The translations under genes and the position numbers were made by a program. Shown piece after piece: positions 9,811-19,273 of a stretch of 64,000 bases of DNA (position 1 is its first letter; each line of letters begins with the position of its first letter). Under the pieces are notes generated by a model. The model had not been told where the DNA came from. It ran no database searches and saw only the letters and a program-made list of their open reading frames with translations. Source of the DNA: a virus; the IMG/VR virus record IMGVR_UViG_3300050166_000039, positions 1 through 64,000 of that record; one strand, written 5' to 3'.

Positions 9811-9865
9811 AAAATAATTAGTAAAAAGTTTTTTACTGTCAGAAATTATAGTTAGATTTACCTAT
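9811..9865 (+). promoter_or_regulatory. Class I promoter module upstream of sigma factor
   Basis: AAAATAATTAG...AATTATAGTTAGATTTACCTAT. Confidence 0.75.
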
Positions 9866-9897
9866 CAATAAAAAATAAACAAATAAAATACTGTTCT

Positions 9898-10512
9898 ATG
9901 CAATTAACCTATAGAGAATTAACTGAAAACTATTTAGAAACACGTTCTGAAAAAGATTTCACTGTCCTATATCGTAAAGTTAAACCAGGTCTTCGCTCTT
10001 ACATCTACAAGATTATAAAAGACCAGGAGGCCACTGATGACGTGTTAGTTAATACTCTAGCTAAGATGTGGACCAAGATTGATCAGTACGATCCACAATA
10101 TCAAATTACTACTTGGTTGTATAGAATTGCTTTTAACGAGTGTTTAGGTTTCATCAACGAACGCAACAAGAAAACTTCTCTAAACAAGCTATCTGAGTTT
10201 GGAATTGAAGTTGAAGATGGCGGAACAATCAACGATGACTTGTCTATCTTACTAGAAGACGCAGAATACAAGACAGAACAAGATTTCTTAGATGAAGATC
10301 AAGAGCTAGAGAATCAATACTTACAGTGCCTTCAGCAAATTCAAAATTTGAAACCGTTGTACCGAGAAATTGTTATAGATAGATTAATCAATGGCATGAA
10401 GTACGAAGATATTTCTGCAAAGTACGATTTACCATTACAAACTATCAAGAACCGTATTCTACGAGGCAAGAGAATTATCATTGACCAAATAGAAAATAAT
10501 GAAGCCGAATAG
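9898..10512 (+). CDS. ECF-type RNA polymerase sigma-70 factor
   Basis: Region 2 (DDVL..KMWTKIDQYD..TTWLYRIAFN) and region 4 HTH (MKYEDIS..TIKNRILRGK). Confidence 0.9.
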   Translation: MQLTYRELTENYLETRSEKDFTVLYRKVKPGLRSYIYKIIKDQEATDDVLVNTLAKMWTKIDQYDPQYQITTWLYRIAFNECLGFINERNKKTSLNKLSEFGIEVEDGGTINDDLSILLEDAEYKTEQDFLDEDQELENQYLQCLQQIQNLKPLYREIVIDRLINGMKYEDISAKYDLPLQTIKNRILRGKRIIIDQIENNEAE

Positions 10513-10730
10513 TGTTAAGCAAATATCCGTCAATCATCATAGTGTATAGAACTTCAGAAAGAAGTAAGAAGTGCCTAATAAAGGTATACGAAAATACACA
10601 CGTCGACGACATTTTAGAAACAATTAAGAGAAAGCCTCTAATCCCTAAAGAATGGGTGTTAGAGGCTATTTCTGTTGGAGCGAACGACGAAAAAATTAAA
10701 GAGTACAAGAAAAAATACAGCATTAAATAA
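10512..10730 (+). CDS. Hypothetical protein
   Basis: GTG start coupled to sigma stop. Confidence 0.55.
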   Translation: MLSKYPSIIIVYRTSERSKKCLIKVYENTHVDDILETIKRKPLIPKEWVLEAISVGANDEKIKEYKKKYSIK

Positions 10731-11635
10731 TGAAAACAATTTGGGTTCTTGAAAATATTCAAGCAGACTTTAATTTTTATCAACGATTTAATATTTTAAA
10801 TCTAGTGGCTTCTGTGTCCTTGTGGAGAAAATGGCATCCAACAGACACCGCAATTCTATACTGCGATCAGATTACTTATGATTTGATTAAGTATTTGGAA
10901 ATAGAAGATCTATGGGATCTGATTGATACCTCTATCTTAAGCAGAGAACAGACTATCGACAAGAGAGTGTTCTGGGCTGGTTCAAAATTAGAAATCTTAA
11001 ACTCCATCAATGGACCCGTTACGATAATCGACAATGATTGGCTAGCCTTCAAAAATTTAGATAAAGAGAGAAGCCAAGCTGACGTTGTATATTCACATGA
11101 TGAAAATGGCGTTGACTACTATTTAGAAGACACTGAGTGGTACCTAACGGAGTTGAAGAAAACATCACTGGTTAAAGATTTATTTCCAACAACACAGCAA
11201 GCAATTAACGTTTCATTTTTAACATTTAACGCTCCAATCGTAACAAAGCTCTACGCCTCCACGTCTGTTCAGTTAATGGAAGAGTGGACAGAGATGCAGA
11301 TTAAGGATAATAGGCTAATCATCTACGCAGAGCAGAAGTTGTTAAAACAGATACTGAGAAAGTACAAAGTTTCGCATTCACCGCTAATCAAAGACATTTG
11401 GTTATGCAAAGAAGATAGTTGGAGCGATGAAACTAATCCTCTTGGAATATGGAATTCCACCGAGTTATGGGACAAGTTTAAACATTATGGCCCAGATAAA
11501 AGAAAGTACAAAGACAATTTACCGGGCTTTGAATATGAGAGAGAAGTTAGATTCCTATATAATTGTATAGGTGCGAGCAAGAGAGTAAATGTTGAGAACT
11601 TAAAAGAAAAAATAAAAATAATACAGAATGTATAA
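10730..11635 (+). CDS. Putative GT-A fold glycosyl/nucleotidyl transferase
   Basis: FWAGSKL and IIDND DxD-like motif. Confidence 0.5.
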   Translation: MKTIWVLENIQADFNFYQRFNILNLVASVSLWRKWHPTDTAILYCDQITYDLIKYLEIEDLWDLIDTSILSREQTIDKRVFWAGSKLEILNSINGPVTIIDNDWLAFKNLDKERSQADVVYSHDENGVDYYLEDTEWYLTELKKTSLVKDLFPTTQQAINVSFLTFNAPIVTKLYASTSVQLMEEWTEMQIKDNRLIIYAEQKLLKQILRKYKVSHSPLIKDIWLCKEDSWSDETNPLGIWNSTELWDKFKHYGPDKRKYKDNLPGFEYEREVRFLYNCIGASKRVNVENLKEKIKIIQNV

Positions 11636-12599
11636 GCAACACATATATACTGATGAGAAGTTTTGGGTTTCTGAGCAGCTTGGCTTTGAGAATTTGCCAG
11701 GCATGGAGAAGCCATTTAAGAATACGGGAGATAAGCCAGTTGCTGCAGTATATCAAACATGGAGCACAGAAGGATACTTACCATACATCTACTACTCTAT
11801 CATGTCACAGATAATGTATACTGACCTTAACGAAAAGGCAGACTTGTACATTTTTATCGACGATGAAAGATATGAGTATGCAAAGTGGGTCTTTAGAAAT
11901 CTGGTAGACGAGAGCTGCTTCATTAAGGTCTCAAGAATGATGGCTGTTAAATACATGGTTACGTGTCATCCAGTATTACATAAGTATAACGCTGTCGCAG
12001 TCTGTGACTCAGACATGTTCTTCTATTCAACAGAAAAGAGGGACTTCTACCAGAACATAGAACAGCACTACACGGAATCAGATGATGTCATCTTAATAGA
12101 CTCTAATATCTCGGCAAAAGATACATTCTGGTCCAGACAGGAAGGCCTGAATAAGAATGTGAAAGCCGAAGATTATATTGAATTCTTCGACACGGAGATA
12201 AAATTAAATCAAGACTTCTTAAAAACCTGGTTAGATCAAAACACTTGGTATATTAGCCCAATTTTCATCTATAATCCAAAGACTTTTATTAACCCAAAAT
12301 ACTATCAGTACGCAATCACTTGTGCATACAAAGAATTTTTCTGTGACGAAACAGTTTGGTTAATGTGGTCTCTTGCGCGTATGGTTCAAATCTCGGCAAT
12401 TCAGCAAAACAAATTAATGGATGTTGAGGTATGCTTGGATTTTAAAGGATTAGATTTTCAAAGATACGCAGATCTTCATCAATTCAATAAAAAAATAGCG
12501 ATGATTCACCCGCTATCAGGTCCTGGCCGAATTAACCCAACATGCTTAGAGTTTTTACGCATAGTAGAAAAAGAATTTAGAAATACACATGGAGAATAA
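11628..12599 (+). CDS. Putative GT-A fold protein, paralog of N-terminal domain of next gene
   Basis: VCDSDMFF DxD motif; YTDEKFWV, YQTWSTE, FCDETVWL shared with 12589. Confidence 0.5.
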   Translation: MYKQHIYTDEKFWVSEQLGFENLPGMEKPFKNTGDKPVAAVYQTWSTEGYLPYIYYSIMSQIMYTDLNEKADLYIFIDDERYEYAKWVFRNLVDESCFIKVSRMMAVKYMVTCHPVLHKYNAVAVCDSDMFFYSTEKRDFYQNIEQHYTESDDVILIDSNISAKDTFWSRQEGLNKNVKAEDYIEFFDTEIKLNQDFLKTWLDQNTWYISPIFIYNPKTFINPKYYQYAITCAYKEFFCDETVWLMWSLARMVQISAIQQNKLMDVEVCLDFKGLDFQRYADLHQFNKKIAMIHPLSGPGRINPTCLEFLRIVEKEFRNTHGE

Positions 12600-14460
12600 A
12601 TTAAAGAGATATACCGACGACAAATTTTGGGTTGCTGAGCAAATAGGTTTTAATCACTGGCCTGAGCCCAAAACACAGATACACTCGAAGGGCGAAAAGT
12701 CTATGGTGACAGTGTATCAGACATGGAGCACTGAGGCCTATATGCCTTACTTATATCACTCGCTACTTTCACAAATAATGTACACTGATATCTTAGAGAA
12801 ATCTGACGTGTACATCTTCGTCGATGAAGAGAGACACGAGTATGCAAAGTACCTATTTAGACACATTATTCACGAAGATAACATTATCAAGCTTAAAAAG
12901 TGGGATGCTGTTAAATACAAGGTCACTTCACACCCAATCCTACAAAACTACGAGACGGTGGTCGTAGTAGACTCGGATATGTTTTTTCATAGTCGAGAGA
13001 AGAACAACCTATATCAAAACATCGAGAACTGGTACAAGGAAAATACCGGCGTACTGATTATCGAGGACATTATCAACGCAGGCGAGACTTTTTGGAAGAG
13101 AAGAAAAGACCTAAACTTTTTGGTTCCGGAAGAAGAATACATTGATTTTTTAGTGGATAAGACGGGTTTAGACAAGGCAGAATTTGAACACTGGTTACAG
13201 AACGGAGTCTGGTCAGTGAGCCCTTTCTTTGTATATCAACCCAAGACTTTCGTTAATGAAGAGTACATTAAGTACGCTGAGATCTGTGCAGAGAAAGAAT
13301 TTTTATGTGACGAGACAGTGTGGTTGGTATGGGCTAAAGCGAATGGGATCCCAGTAAAAGGAATTCATCATGAGCTGGAACACATCACTATAACTTTTAA
13401 TTTTACAGAATCTAACGTAGAAGACTATTTAAAGCACACTCCACATCTTGGAATCTCGTTGATTCACCCCTTAAACATTACAAAGGTAAACACTATCCTG
13501 AGAGATCTAATTAAAATGTATCAGAGTACGTTTAGAAAACAGCACAAGGTTGCAAGAGATCATGGAAAACTGGTGGTTGCAAGAAGCTGGAGAGAATTTG
13601 GCAAGCAGCAATTCGTCGCTATCTGTGAGCTGTGTGAAAAGCTGAATGATTATGATTTAGAATTCCATATCAATATCAACGAAGAGACTGATTCACACTT
13701 TCTCGATTTAGCAAAAGACTATGTAGACTTAAATGGCCACAGTCTTACTATTTACGAAGATCAGTTCTTTGATCAGTATGCTCTGAAAAAAGAGGCAGGT
13801 GTTGAACGCGTTGAAAAGTTTAAAGACTGGAAGTGGATCTATCACCTACTTCTATATCATTACCTCTTCCACGAAAAAGGAGTTGACTACTTATTGACTT
13901 ACGATGATGACATTCTATTTAATGAGAAGCCAATCGGAGAGCTATTATATCTGTTATCGAATAGAGTCTACTTTTCGTGCGCAGATCAGTTTGCTGATTC
14001 AGACAAGTGCATGATGGGAGAGGTATGCTTTCAATTAGGACCTAAGATGAATGACGAGTATTACGCAAACACATCAAATCATTTTGCGACCAATTCAGGA
14101 TTTATGGGTCTAAACAATAAGATGTTTAATCTGTATAAATCTAATGAAATGTTCCAATCTATGTTAGATCTATTTGAGTACAAGAAATGGGATCACAAGA
14201 CAATGACAGGAATGAACTACGATCACTATAGAATCCTGTTACAAGAGCAGTCGTTTCTATCAATCTTGAACCGTGCTCTAAGCGGTAGAACGCATAGAGT
14301 GTTAGATGCTTCAGATGAGTACATCATTTCTTCAGATCTGGAAAAGATTAGACAGTCCAAAATTGAACACTATGTAAGTGTTTCAAAATACAGTGATGAG
14401 TACCTAGATAAGATTCAGCAACGATTCGAGAAGTACAGTAAATCTATCGAGAGAATGTGA
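12589..14460 (+). CDS. Two-domain putative glycosyltransferase
   Basis: VDSDMFF and YDDDILF DxD motifs, NSGFM, QEQSFL (GT8-like). Confidence 0.55.
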   Translation: MENKLKRYTDDKFWVAEQIGFNHWPEPKTQIHSKGEKSMVTVYQTWSTEAYMPYLYHSLLSQIMYTDILEKSDVYIFVDEERHEYAKYLFRHIIHEDNIIKLKKWDAVKYKVTSHPILQNYETVVVVDSDMFFHSREKNNLYQNIENWYKENTGVLIIEDIINAGETFWKRRKDLNFLVPEEEYIDFLVDKTGLDKAEFEHWLQNGVWSVSPFFVYQPKTFVNEEYIKYAEICAEKEFLCDETVWLVWAKANGIPVKGIHHELEHITITFNFTESNVEDYLKHTPHLGISLIHPLNITKVNTILRDLIKMYQSTFRKQHKVARDHGKLVVARSWREFGKQQFVAICELCEKLNDYDLEFHININEETDSHFLDLAKDYVDLNGHSLTIYEDQFFDQYALKKEAGVERVEKFKDWKWIYHLLLYHYLFHEKGVDYLLTYDDDILFNEKPIGELLYLLSNRVYFSCADQFADSDKCMMGEVCFQLGPKMNDEYYANTSNHFATNSGFMGLNNKMFNLYKSNEMFQSMLDLFEYKKWDHKTMTGMNYDHYRILLQEQSFLSILNRALSGRTHRVLDASDEYIISSDLEKIRQSKIEHYVSVSKYSDEYLDKIQQRFEKYSKSIERM

Positions 14461-14485
14461 AACAACTCACTATAACCCAGTATAA
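14459..14485 (+). promoter_or_regulatory. Class II promoter GAAAC-N17-TATAA
   Basis: GAAAC 14459-63, TATAA 14481-85; 13 copies with an exact 17-nt spacer. Confidence 0.75.
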
Positions 14486-14506
14486 TATCAGAACTTAAAT
14501 ATATTA

Positions 14507-15931
14507 ATGATGAAATTCGTAGACGCTTTAAGACAAGAGGATCAGTTGACAGAGAATGGTATGACAACCAACTCAACGTCATTAAACATGTGTGTTGACC
14601 TGTTCTTTACTATTGGAGCGATGCGAGGCCAAGATAAGCAGCGCTTAATCTCTGGTTTCTCAAAGGCATTCAATGAGGATTCAACAAGAGCCCTAAAAAT
14701 ATTGTTCTGGGCCAGAGATGTTAGAGAAGGAGCCGGAGAACGTCAAGTCTTTAAAGACATTTTAGTATATTTAGCAAACGAGCGCACTGAAGCTCTGGCA
14801 AAGCTGGTGAAATTCATTCCAGAGTTTGGTAGATGGGATGACCTATTAGTTTTATTTGGTACGCCGGCTGAAGCTGAAGCCCTAAACGAAATTAAACGTG
14901 CTTTATTAGAGGATAAAAATTCTCTATGTGCTAAGTGGATGCCACGTAAAGGAGCCAATGCTGAGAGATTAAGAAAGCACTTACAGATAACACCAAAAGA
15001 GTATCGCAAAACACTTGTTGAAATGACAAAGGTGGTTGAGACTCAAATGTGCGCGGGTGAATGGGAACAGATAGAATTTGGTAAGCTACCGTCTTTAGCG
15101 TCTTCTCGCTATCAGAAAGCATTTGGCAGAAGAACTCCAGAAACTTATGGAGCCTATATTGATGCCTTGCAAAAAGGAGAGGAGAAGATTAATGCGGGAG
15201 CAGTGTACCCTTACGATATTGTAAAATCTCTGCAGCATGGTGAGACTAAGGTTGCAACTGAGCAATGGAAAGCTCTCCCAAACTGGATGGAAAATAATGG
15301 CGGCGAAATGATTCTTCCTGTCGTAGATGTTTCAGGCTCTATGGCAACGCCAGCTGGCAATAATCCAAACTTGACTTGCATGATGGTTGCAATCTCATTA
15401 GGTCTGTATATTTCTGAAAGAAATGAAGGACCATTCAAAGATGCATTTATTACTTTTCACGAGACACCAGAACTACAGGTATTAAGTGGCTCATTAAACG
15501 ATAGATACACACAGTTAGCGAATGCCTCATGGGGTATGAACACAAATCTTGAGTCTGTTTTTAAGTTGGTTTTAAACCAAGCCACTAAGCATAAATTAAG
15601 TGAAGCTGAAATGCCAACAAAAATTCTAATCCTATCGGATATGGAATTCGACGCAGCAGTTGGCAACTATAGAGATGAATGGGGTCCAACTGCACATCAA
15701 ATGATTCAGCAAATGTATGATGATGCTGGCTATAAAATGCCACAGATTGTGTTCTGGAATATTGAGTCCAGAAATGGAGGAGTTCCAGTTAAGTTCGATG
15801 AACAAGGTACTGCTTTAATCTCTGGTTTCTCACCTGCAATTATGAAATCAATTATTGGCGGAGAGATTGAATCACCTGAGCAAATAATGGACAAGACAAT
15901 TTTAGTTGAGAGGTACTCTCAAATACATTGA
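14507..15931 (+). CDS. DUF2828 / TROVE(Ro60)-like protein with C-terminal vWA domain
   Basis: TENG, ARDVREGAGER, FGRWDDL, AKWMPR, MIDAS DVSGSM, LSDMEFD, IVFWN, SGFSP. Confidence 0.85.
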   Translation: MMKFVDALRQEDQLTENGMTTNSTSLNMCVDLFFTIGAMRGQDKQRLISGFSKAFNEDSTRALKILFWARDVREGAGERQVFKDILVYLANERTEALAKLVKFIPEFGRWDDLLVLFGTPAEAEALNEIKRALLEDKNSLCAKWMPRKGANAERLRKHLQITPKEYRKTLVEMTKVVETQMCAGEWEQIEFGKLPSLASSRYQKAFGRRTPETYGAYIDALQKGEEKINAGAVYPYDIVKSLQHGETKVATEQWKALPNWMENNGGEMILPVVDVSGSMATPAGNNPNLTCMMVAISLGLYISERNEGPFKDAFITFHETPELQVLSGSLNDRYTQLANASWGMNTNLESVFKLVLNQATKHKLSEAEMPTKILILSDMEFDAAVGNYRDEWGPTAHQMIQQMYDDAGYKMPQIVFWNIESRNGGVPVKFDEQGTALISGFSPAIMKSIIGGEIESPEQIMDKTILVERYSQIH

Positions 15932-15949
15932 TAAATATTAAGAATTTAA

Positions 15950-16185
15950 AGGATTGATACAGCAAACAAAAACTCAACCATGCAGATGGCGATTCTTACG
16001 ATGTAAATTGTAGCTTCGTTCAACTTGAAATGTTTTCTTCAAGTAAAATAACAGAGACCCGTCAACTTCTCATTGTAGACGAAGAAATGAAAGCCACTGA
16101 AGATAGTAAGTGGAAGAAATAGAAGTCGAAGACGATAAAAGAGATATAGCGTACGCAGCCGAATAAATGCCGGACCTCAATCCTG
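15950..16185 (+). ncRNA. Candidate structured RNA (Y-RNA-like partner) after the TROVE-like gene
   Basis: No convincing ORF; terminal stem AGGATTGA/TCAATCCT; internal hairpins; followed by a terminator. Confidence 0.5.
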
Positions 16186-16193
16186 TCCTTTTT

Positions 16194-16272
16194 AAATCCT
16201 GGTCAAAAAATATATTTAAAATATTTTAGCCAGGATTTTTTTTTGTCGCCGAAATTGCTTATATTTACCTAT
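16194..16272 (+). promoter_or_regulatory. Terminator hairpin overlapping class I promoter module
   Basis: AAATCCTGG...CCAGGATTT plus T-run, then TTATATTTACCTAT. Confidence 0.7.
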
Positions 16273-16292
16273 CACAATTAAAGAACACGATT

Positions 16293-16475
16293 ATGGTAAA
16301 CGATGGAGAATTAATTTATGAAATATCTTACGGACATGAAGCGCATGGAGAAGTTAGATTAGTTGACGGTGTATATCACTGTTACACAATACCACTATTC
16401 GGAGGAGAATGGATATGGGAGACAAAGTTCGACAACGAAGATGATGCCATCAATTTCATAGACTCAATTACCTAA
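16293..16475 (+). CDS. Hypothetical protein
   Basis: ORF after class I promoter. Confidence 0.6.
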   Translation: MVNDGELIYEISYGHEAHGEVRLVDGVYHCYTIPLFGGEWIWETKFDNEDDAINFIDSIT

Positions 16476-16491
16476 TCTAAAATATAAAAAT

Positions 16492-16683
16492 ATGATTCAA
16501 TACTTTGAATACTATCAATTACACAGCTTTAGCGGTAACGTAATTACTGGTTTAACTAAAGCCGAGGCTAAACTACGCGAAGAAGCGGGATTATTACCTG
16601 GAGAATATATGGTAGGTCCTTTTATTGGACAGAGATTAAAGTCAGACATCGAAGAAGATGAAAAAGAAAAAGAACAAGCCTAA
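16492..16683 (+). CDS. Hypothetical protein
   Basis: ORF in operon. Confidence 0.55.
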   Translation: MIQYFEYYQLHSFSGNVITGLTKAEAKLREEAGLLPGEYMVGPFIGQRLKSDIEEDEKEKEQA

Positions 16684-16810
16684 TCCAAAATTAAATGGTC
16701 TTACTGACCGTCATGTTGCACAAATTGTTAGACGCAAGATGATTCAGAAAGACCACGGCGATAAGAACAAATATAATAGAAAGGACAAATCATGGAAAAA
16801 ACAACCGTAG
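16658..16810 (+). CDS. Small basic protein (50 aa, not in ORF track)
   Basis: MKKKKNKPNPKLNGLTDRHVAQIVRRKMIQKDHGDKNKYNRKDKSWKKQP; fills the gap and overlaps both neighbours. Confidence 0.55.
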   Translation: MKKKKNKPNPKLNGLTDRHVAQIVRRKMIQKDHGDKNKYNRKDKSWKKQP

Positions 16811-16992
16811 ATTGGCTAGTAAATGTATTCGATTTAGAATTTTCACTTATGCAATATAAATTTTATCGAAAGTGGAAAGGAGGTACATACTATTTAATTT
16901 GGAATTGGTTGCCAATGAGTACATTTTGGAGTAAAGAATTGATAACAAGTTGTGGAGGTAGAGCAATTAAAATAGAAAATTATGGAAAATAA
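16792..16992 (+). CDS. Hypothetical protein
   Basis: ORF in operon. Confidence 0.55.
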   Translation: MEKTTVDWLVNVFDLEFSLMQYKFYRKWKGGTYYLIWNWLPMSTFWSKELITSCGGRAIKIENYGK

Positions 16993-17030
16993 ACAAACAG
17001 CATATTTATATTACAACGAAATTTACGGCA

Positions 17031-17756
17031 ATGATAAATAATCTAGAGCTTATTAAGCCTCTTTTAAACTTCGATAATGAAGGTGACTTCTATATGCTGT
17101 ATATCTTTAAGCGTAAGAAAGACCAACCTGAAGGAGAACGCGACAATCACCAGTCAGTAAGAACTATTAAAACTTACTGCATTGATAGTGTTGAATACTT
17201 AGAGAAGAGATATGAAGAGATTCAGCAACTCTGTGAGATGTTTAAGGCCAGAGCATACATTCATATTCAGAAACAGAACCACAAGGATGTTGCTATGAAT
17301 ATGATTACTGAGATTGTCAGTCGTATTCAATCTGGTCAAATCAATCAAAAGCACGTTTTTGATTCCGTAGTTGGTCAAATCAAAACTCAAGAGAAGAGAT
17401 GGATTGTAGATATTGATAATAATGATGAACAATATGATAGAGAAATACAGGAATACATAAACACAAAATGTAGACCTGAAGGGAATAAGATAATTGCAAA
17501 CATTCCAACAAAAAACGGTCATCACCTTATTACTAAAAGATTCGATATACAGGAGTTTAAGAAACAATACCCCGACATTGACATACAAAAGAAGAATCCG
17601 ACACTTTTATATTATCCAAATAGTTTAGATTCTTCATTTGGTAAACCTGTATTTTTAGAAATGGACAAGAAGTTAGATGCAGATTTAACTGAAGAAATGA
17701 ATAAATTATTAACCAGTAAAATTGGCAATCAACCACAGCAACATAGACAATGGTAA
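17031..17756 (+). CDS. Hypothetical phage protein
   Basis: 241-aa ORF; WIVDID and TKNGHHLIT resemble an AEP-like DxD/H arrangement. Confidence 0.65.
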   Translation: MINNLELIKPLLNFDNEGDFYMLYIFKRKKDQPEGERDNHQSVRTIKTYCIDSVEYLEKRYEEIQQLCEMFKARAYIHIQKQNHKDVAMNMITEIVSRIQSGQINQKHVFDSVVGQIKTQEKRWIVDIDNNDEQYDREIQEYINTKCRPEGNKIIANIPTKNGHHLITKRFDIQEFKKQYPDIDIQKKNPTLLYYPNSLDSSFGKPVFLEMDKKLDADLTEEMNKLLTSKIGNQPQQHRQW

Positions 17757-17757
17757 T

Positions 17758-18075
17758 ATGGAAAATAAATCAATGAAATGCACCTGCGAAAGACCAGACG
17801 ATTACACTTGTGATTACTGTGATGAGCAAGAATCAAAAAGAATCTTGAAAGAAGCGAAGGAAAGGCATAATCTTCAAGAAACAGTTGAAGAAGCTGCTAA
17901 AAAATACTATAAGGATAATCAATTTAAAAGCAATTATCCTCATTGCCCTTATAGTTTTATAGATGGTGCTAAATGGCAAGCTGAAAGAACATGCAACCAT
18001 AATTATATTTTAACAGCAGAAAAAGGTCATAGAGTTATAAAATGCAGTACATGTAATGACACTCGACCAATTTAA
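17758..18075 (+). CDS. Cys-rich hypothetical protein
   Basis: CxC..CxxC and C-terminal CxxC. Confidence 0.55.
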   Translation: MENKSMKCTCERPDDYTCDYCDEQESKRILKEAKERHNLQETVEEAAKKYYKDNQFKSNYPHCPYSFIDGAKWQAERTCNHNYILTAEKGHRVIKCSTCNDTRPI

Positions 18076-18144
18076 AAAATAAGCCTTTAAATAAACATAA
18101 TACATATACCGAGTATAATAAACCATAAACATATAGTTCTAATA

Positions 18145-19272
18145 ATGAAGAATCACCAACCATGGTACGAGACTAATGATGCGGGTTTTTTCCTTCCGGG
18201 TCAATATTTTATTGAGAAGTACGATCAACCAATTAAGTATAATGCTAGCATTTCAGGCTGGGATTTCGACCCCGAGAAATTAAAGCAGTGGCTGATTGAA
18301 AACGACTTTGAGCTGCTTCATCACCAGGATTTCTATCATAGCAATTCAAAGTGTTCAGAGGAAGCATACATTAAAGAGTTCAAGGTAGAAACCCCTAGCA
18401 ATGGTATTGGCTGGGGTGTAGTAGTAGTTAAGTTGGATCCTTTAAATCTTGTGAAATTCAAGAAGATGTTGGATGAGGATGATGATTATTTTACAAAGCC
18501 AAATGTTTCAATATACGGCGTCGGCGACAAGATTCACTACGACAAAATTTTCAACTACATTGAATCTATTTTAAAGAAGCGCAATCATAGAGAGAACAAT
18601 ATTTCACTTGTGGTCAAAAACGCACACGGTTATGACACAGAATACTTTAAGATGCCAAAGCAGCAACTTGACCTGTCGCTTAATTATGGTGAAGGGTTTA
18701 TGCCAATTCACGATAAGATCTTAAAGAATCTGAATCAGCAAAATGGAAAGGGCCTAGTACTGCTTCATGGAGAACCAGGCACTGGAAAGACTCACTACTT
18801 AAAATACTTAGCCTCTAAGATTAAGGACAAGAAGGTAATGTTCGTAGCGCCTTATATGGTTGATTTTATTACATCACCGGAGATGACACCCTTCTTAATT
18901 GAGAACGCAAACAGTGTCCTATTCATTGAGGACGCAGAACGAGTAATAACAGACAGGAATTTAGACGGTAACGCAGGTGTCTCAAACATCCTAAACTTAA
19001 CCGACGGAATTTTAGGAGACATCCTGAATATACAGATTGTGGCAACCTTTAACATGGACCACAAGAAACTAGACGAGGCCCTGTTACGCAAAGGTAGACT
19101 AATCGCCGAGCACCACTTTGATAAATTATCAGTCAAAGATGCAAACACGTTGATTAAGAAACTAGGTTATAAGGTGATTGTCGATCAGCCAATGACGCTA
19201 ACAGAAATCTATAACTTAACAGAGGTTGAGTATAAAACACAGAGAAAAGGTAAATCAATAGGCTTTAATTAG
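18145..19272 (+). CDS. AAA+ ATPase
   Basis: Walker A GEPGTGKT, Walker B LFIEDAE, LNLTDG, ALLRKGRL. Confidence 0.88.
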   Translation: MKNHQPWYETNDAGFFLPGQYFIEKYDQPIKYNASISGWDFDPEKLKQWLIENDFELLHHQDFYHSNSKCSEEAYIKEFKVETPSNGIGWGVVVVKLDPLNLVKFKKMLDEDDDYFTKPNVSIYGVGDKIHYDKIFNYIESILKKRNHRENNISLVVKNAHGYDTEYFKMPKQQLDLSLNYGEGFMPIHDKILKNLNQQNGKGLVLLHGEPGTGKTHYLKYLASKIKDKKVMFVAPYMVDFITSPEMTPFLIENANSVLFIEDAERVITDRNLDGNAGVSNILNLTDGILGDILNIQIVATFNMDHKKLDEALLRKGRLIAEHHFDKLSVKDANTLIKKLGYKVIVDQPMTLTEIYNLTEVEYKTQRKGKSIGFN

Positions 19273-19273
19273 A

